DNA of 64,000 nucleotides from Haliotis rufescens (taxonomy: Eukaryota): the NCBI RefSeq assembly GCF_023055435.1, contig NW_025964361.1:23064001-23128000 (forward strand), in the 5' to 3' direction. A program made the translations under genes and the position numbers. Positions within the stretch are counted from its first letter, which is position 1; each line of letters starts with the position of its first letter. Below, in pieces: positions 60,200 through 64,000 of this stretch. Under the pieces are notes generated by a model that saw nothing but the letters and a program-made list of their open reading frames with translations, made no database searches and was not told the DNA's origin.

Positions 60200-63100
60200 A
60201 TGGAGGATACACCGAGGTTTTTGTACAACATTGTGTTGTCAGTGGTAACGCTTCTTATTAAAGGTGAGTGCATCCGTTATTGAGTAGGAACTCGTCTTAT
60301 GTCTACTGCAGTAGAATCCGCTTTATACGACGTTGATTAATATGTTACGTTAACGTTCAGCGTCAGGAGACATTGTTGTATCATACCACCATATGTCTGA
60401 CCTCAGATAGACACTGTCTCATCTCTGAGGGGGGAAGGCTAAACTTACGATTTACATGCGCACTGCTTGTGATTTGCATACCAACCCTTCATACTCTGGC
60501 GAAAACTAGGGTTGGGAGCGTTTGTTTCTCAATCACAACCACAAAGAACTTTTCAACGCACGTCACATGTGTGTAATGTACTAACCATTGCTTTCTATAT
60601 CTTACTTACATGATTAACATACATTGTTGTTTATAACAACTATGTAAACAAACCCCGAACAATCGGAACAAGTGATCGAAAGAAAACAGATGTTTGGAAA
60701 AGAAATAATTGCGATCGGGGTATATGCGAAACAAAAAATAACTATTTTTTGTCTAACCTGTATGTAAACGTATTTTATTGGACTTCTTTTCTAATCAAGA
60801 CATGTAACTGCTGGCAATTCATAGTCATGTAGTCGCACTTTCAGTTTGATCTACATGAGGTCATGTGTACACTTCTTCCCTGTCAGACACTGCAGCAGTC
60901 ATCTGCTACAACCGGGCAGGTTCTGTCACATGTCCTGTCAAGTGCTGTCCGGGCTCTGCCGCAGTGTCTTCCATACTGGGCGTGTGCTGCAGCAGTACCG
61001 GCGGAAACATGCTCCACACAGCGGACAACATAGCAGGGGCAGTCAGGTAATTTAGCTCCCTTGTGAGTCAGACCTGGGAAACCAATTGTTTGCTTCACAG
61101 ATACGACGGCGACACATATATAAACGTGACAAAAATATTTCCATAATCATATGAAATGTCTACTTAAAACAGTCCATTGTACGATTCCGACTATATCATC
61201 ATCCTAATTATTTATTACAAGGTATCCCTGGTATACATACACAGAACCACAAAAGAAATGAATATAATTCAGGTTATTGCATGTCAATAAACATTTCTAA
61301 AAAACGTGAGACATCATCTAGCCAATAAGCAGGATACTGCGACAGTTCCCAGACACTCATCATGACACTTATCTGGGATAGGGACGCACTTGATGAGGGC
61401 GTCATTGTAGCTCAGTGTTAGTTGTGTACTAGTCATGAAAGAGTCCTCATGTTAACATCCTGTATGAAGTCCTGAGTGAATTTAGCAGTAATTGGACGGA
61501 TATTGTCTTGCTGAAATACGTGTGGAGAAAAGTGTTTCAGACCAACTGCATCCCATATCATGATACTAGAACGACCCCACTAACCTCTCCCTATAACACA
61601 AGCATTGACATACGGCAGTGGAATGCAGTATCTGCACATCCTGAGAAACTAGCCTTCCTTAGTGTTGCTGATCACGCCATTTGCCATGTGGATTTACCTA
61701 CTGTTTCTACATTTGCGAGCTGAAGGGGCGGCAACTCGGGTAGCAATGAATGCTACTGGCTGCAAGACTTTGCCTAGCTATATCATCACTCTCTGGTCTG
61801 CCATGGCTGCCGAAGGGCCGCAATTTGGAACCTGTTTGTCAAGAAGAGGTCACTCGTGGACTTTCCCTCTGTTGCCGCTTAATGGGCTGTTTGTGGTATT
61901 GAAACGTTCATTCAGACGTGGATGTCTCAGTCAATGTAAACTAACTGTGACTCTGTCTGGACACTGATTACCTGATGTCGGGGGTTTCTCTGTAGGATTG
62001 GCATGACTGTTTTACTCATATACCAAATGGCAGGATTTAGAAGTGGATTAATTTTTATACCACATGCATCTCGTGCAAGTCCTCCTCGTGACGCATGCCG
62101 AAATTCAACCCCATGATTCTAGTCGTGCGCTCGATAGACCTCTAACCAACAAGCTGGCCCCTAACATTTGCCTTTTTCGTCATGCTATATTCGTTGGCGC
62201 CAAATTATAATTAAACAGTTACGTTAGATTTAACATTTATGAAATTTGCGTTGTAGGAACATTTAACTGTTTGAGTGCTTGAAACGTATGATATGTCATT
62301 GTGGCTTACAGGTACATATTTTGGTGATAAACATGTTACCTGTAATTACACCTTTGTGTCTTTGCAAAACACAAACATGAGCAAATGAAACTGTGCTGGC
62401 GATATTCACGTCACCATGTCGTGAATGTTCTCATTTTGAGAAAGTTGATAATCAGTAAGAAAAGTATACATCTCAGTGAAATATCTCCAGGTTCGAATCC
62501 CTAAATGTACATGTTCTTTAATCAGATTGCTGCATTTCATTTGCTTTATAGTGTTAAAAACATACGTCAAATTGAAACAAGGAATAGCGATATAGATACT
62601 TTTCAAATCTTAATAACATTTTTTTTTTATTTACAGCAAAGGATTAAGCACCATTTTCATTATCATCATCGTCGTAGCTGTCATCATCGTTTTGGGCATC
62701 GTTGGGTGCATCGTATGTTGCGTTTGTGGTTGTAGCAAGCGAACCAATGGTGCAATTGTCGCCCCTGCCGGCAATCAGCCTCAAGTGACGGTTGTGTCTG
62801 CGTCCGGTAAGGAGGATAGATAAATGTGTTCATTTTCAGTTCATTTTCTATAGTTTCAGTGTGTGAATAACACTAAAAGTTTTTAAAAACAAACTGACAT
62901 AATGTTCTCTACACTTGCTCAGTATTATGTCTACATGCAAATATGTCATTATAACCAGTCTTGGTCAGTCAATTTATCCATCGTGACATACCTAAAATAA
63001 GATTTGTTTGCTTAATTGTTTGTTTCTTTTTTTAACGCCTCCATCATTAGTATAGCAGCCACATGACGGCTACTTGTAAATAATCGATTCTGGATCGGAA

Positions 63101-63462
63101 AATATAGTGTTTGATACTGTGAACAAAGTTCCACTCGGCTCATACAATTGACTCTTTCAACACATAGTTATTATGATTAAAGGTATTGTCGCTCTTGTTA
63201 TGATTATTTTATATGTCATCAGAAGACACGGACATGAGTTGTGAAACATACATGGTCGTCTCCAAAATCAACCCCTAACCACTACATGATACAAACAGAA
63301 GGATAATGTGGACAATAGTATCTACTACTACAATATTAATTAGTTGACCTGCTATTAATGTCATGGTGTCTAACGCGCGTACATTGTAAACAGACTTGAT
63401 GCTTTCCATTGACAGAACCTGCACATCAAGGAAACCCAAGGCTGGATCAAGGCCCACCCTAA
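60200..63462 (+). CDS. CYYR1/Shisa-like (STMC6) single-pass membrane protein, paralogue Z, join(60200..60263,60887..61046,62637..62806,63416..63462), 146 aa
   Basis: MEDTPRFLYNIVLSVVTLLIKDTAAVICYNRAGSVTCPVKCCPGSAAVSSILGVCCSSTGGNMLHTADNIAGAVSKGLSTIFIIIIVVAVIIVLGIVGCIVCCVCGCSKRTNGAIVAPAGNQPQVTVVSASEPAHQGNPRLDQGPP. Signal peptide, C-C-CC-CC ectodomain, TM helix, Cys cluster; canonical splice sites, phases 1,2,1. The last exon is less certain. Confidence 0.88.
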
Positions 63463-64000
63463 CCGAGGCTTCCTGGTTGCCTAGGATTGTGATTAACGTT
63501 CACAGCCAGATTCTACACCTTCTGACTGTGTGGTCTGAAGCTTTGTGCCATCTCGGTGTGAACAAACTCCAGAATGCCTGTATCTCACTGAAATCATTCC
63601 CTGTGTAAAACTATTTGCTTGATCGATTTGTTTAATGGTTGTCTTAATTTGGATTGTTCATACGCTGTATGTATACACGTATCGGTGTAGTGTTGGAACA
63701 CATTATTTTGGTGGTTTAAACATGGAGACGGGTGGCGGTTTGATGTATCCACCAACCAACCCCTCCGCTACCTCCACCCCCTCACGATACACACGTCAGT
63801 AAATGTTTCACCGCAATATGTATGCACTTCCACTTTGTCATACCATCCAAATATTACTGTTCACATCTTCGATACAAAATAGTGTGACTCGAAATATAAT
63901 TAGTTAGATGTCGATGTAAAATCTCGGGCAAATGAAAGTACGCACCCATGTTTATTGCATTGGTGACTAAAAACCAACAAAGCAAGAAATGTTTATTCGA

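Overview
AT-rich, intron-containing animal genomic DNA. The SINE repertoire (Meta-domain and tRNA-Asp-like SINEs with (ACTC)n tails) suggests a mollusc, probably abalone (Haliotis-like); this is inference. Most long ORFs in the supplied track are artefacts of minisatellites. The genes rebuilt by hand from splice sites are: (1) the first coding exon of an unidentified BC-box-like protein on the minus strand, running off the left edge; (2) a two-exon Ser/Thr kinase (356 aa) behind three CRE-like sites spaced 16 bp apart; (3) a three-exon, 66-aa potato inhibitor I family protease inhibitor absent from the ORF track; (4) a tandem cluster of three small single-pass membrane genes of the CYYR1/Shisa-like six-cysteine (STMC6) type at about 43.9-63.5 kb, whose ectodomains differ sharply (9 Cys, an Ala/Gly peptide that has lost the Cys domain, and the canonical C-C-CC-CC). 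Around these are about ten minisatellite arrays, a full-length frameshifted Tc1 element, nested hAT/P/Harbinger/pogo-type MITEs (several with intact target-site duplications, TSDs), a decayed Penelope-like element, and at least five SINE-like families, one 5S-derived and one with a highly structured non-tRNA head.
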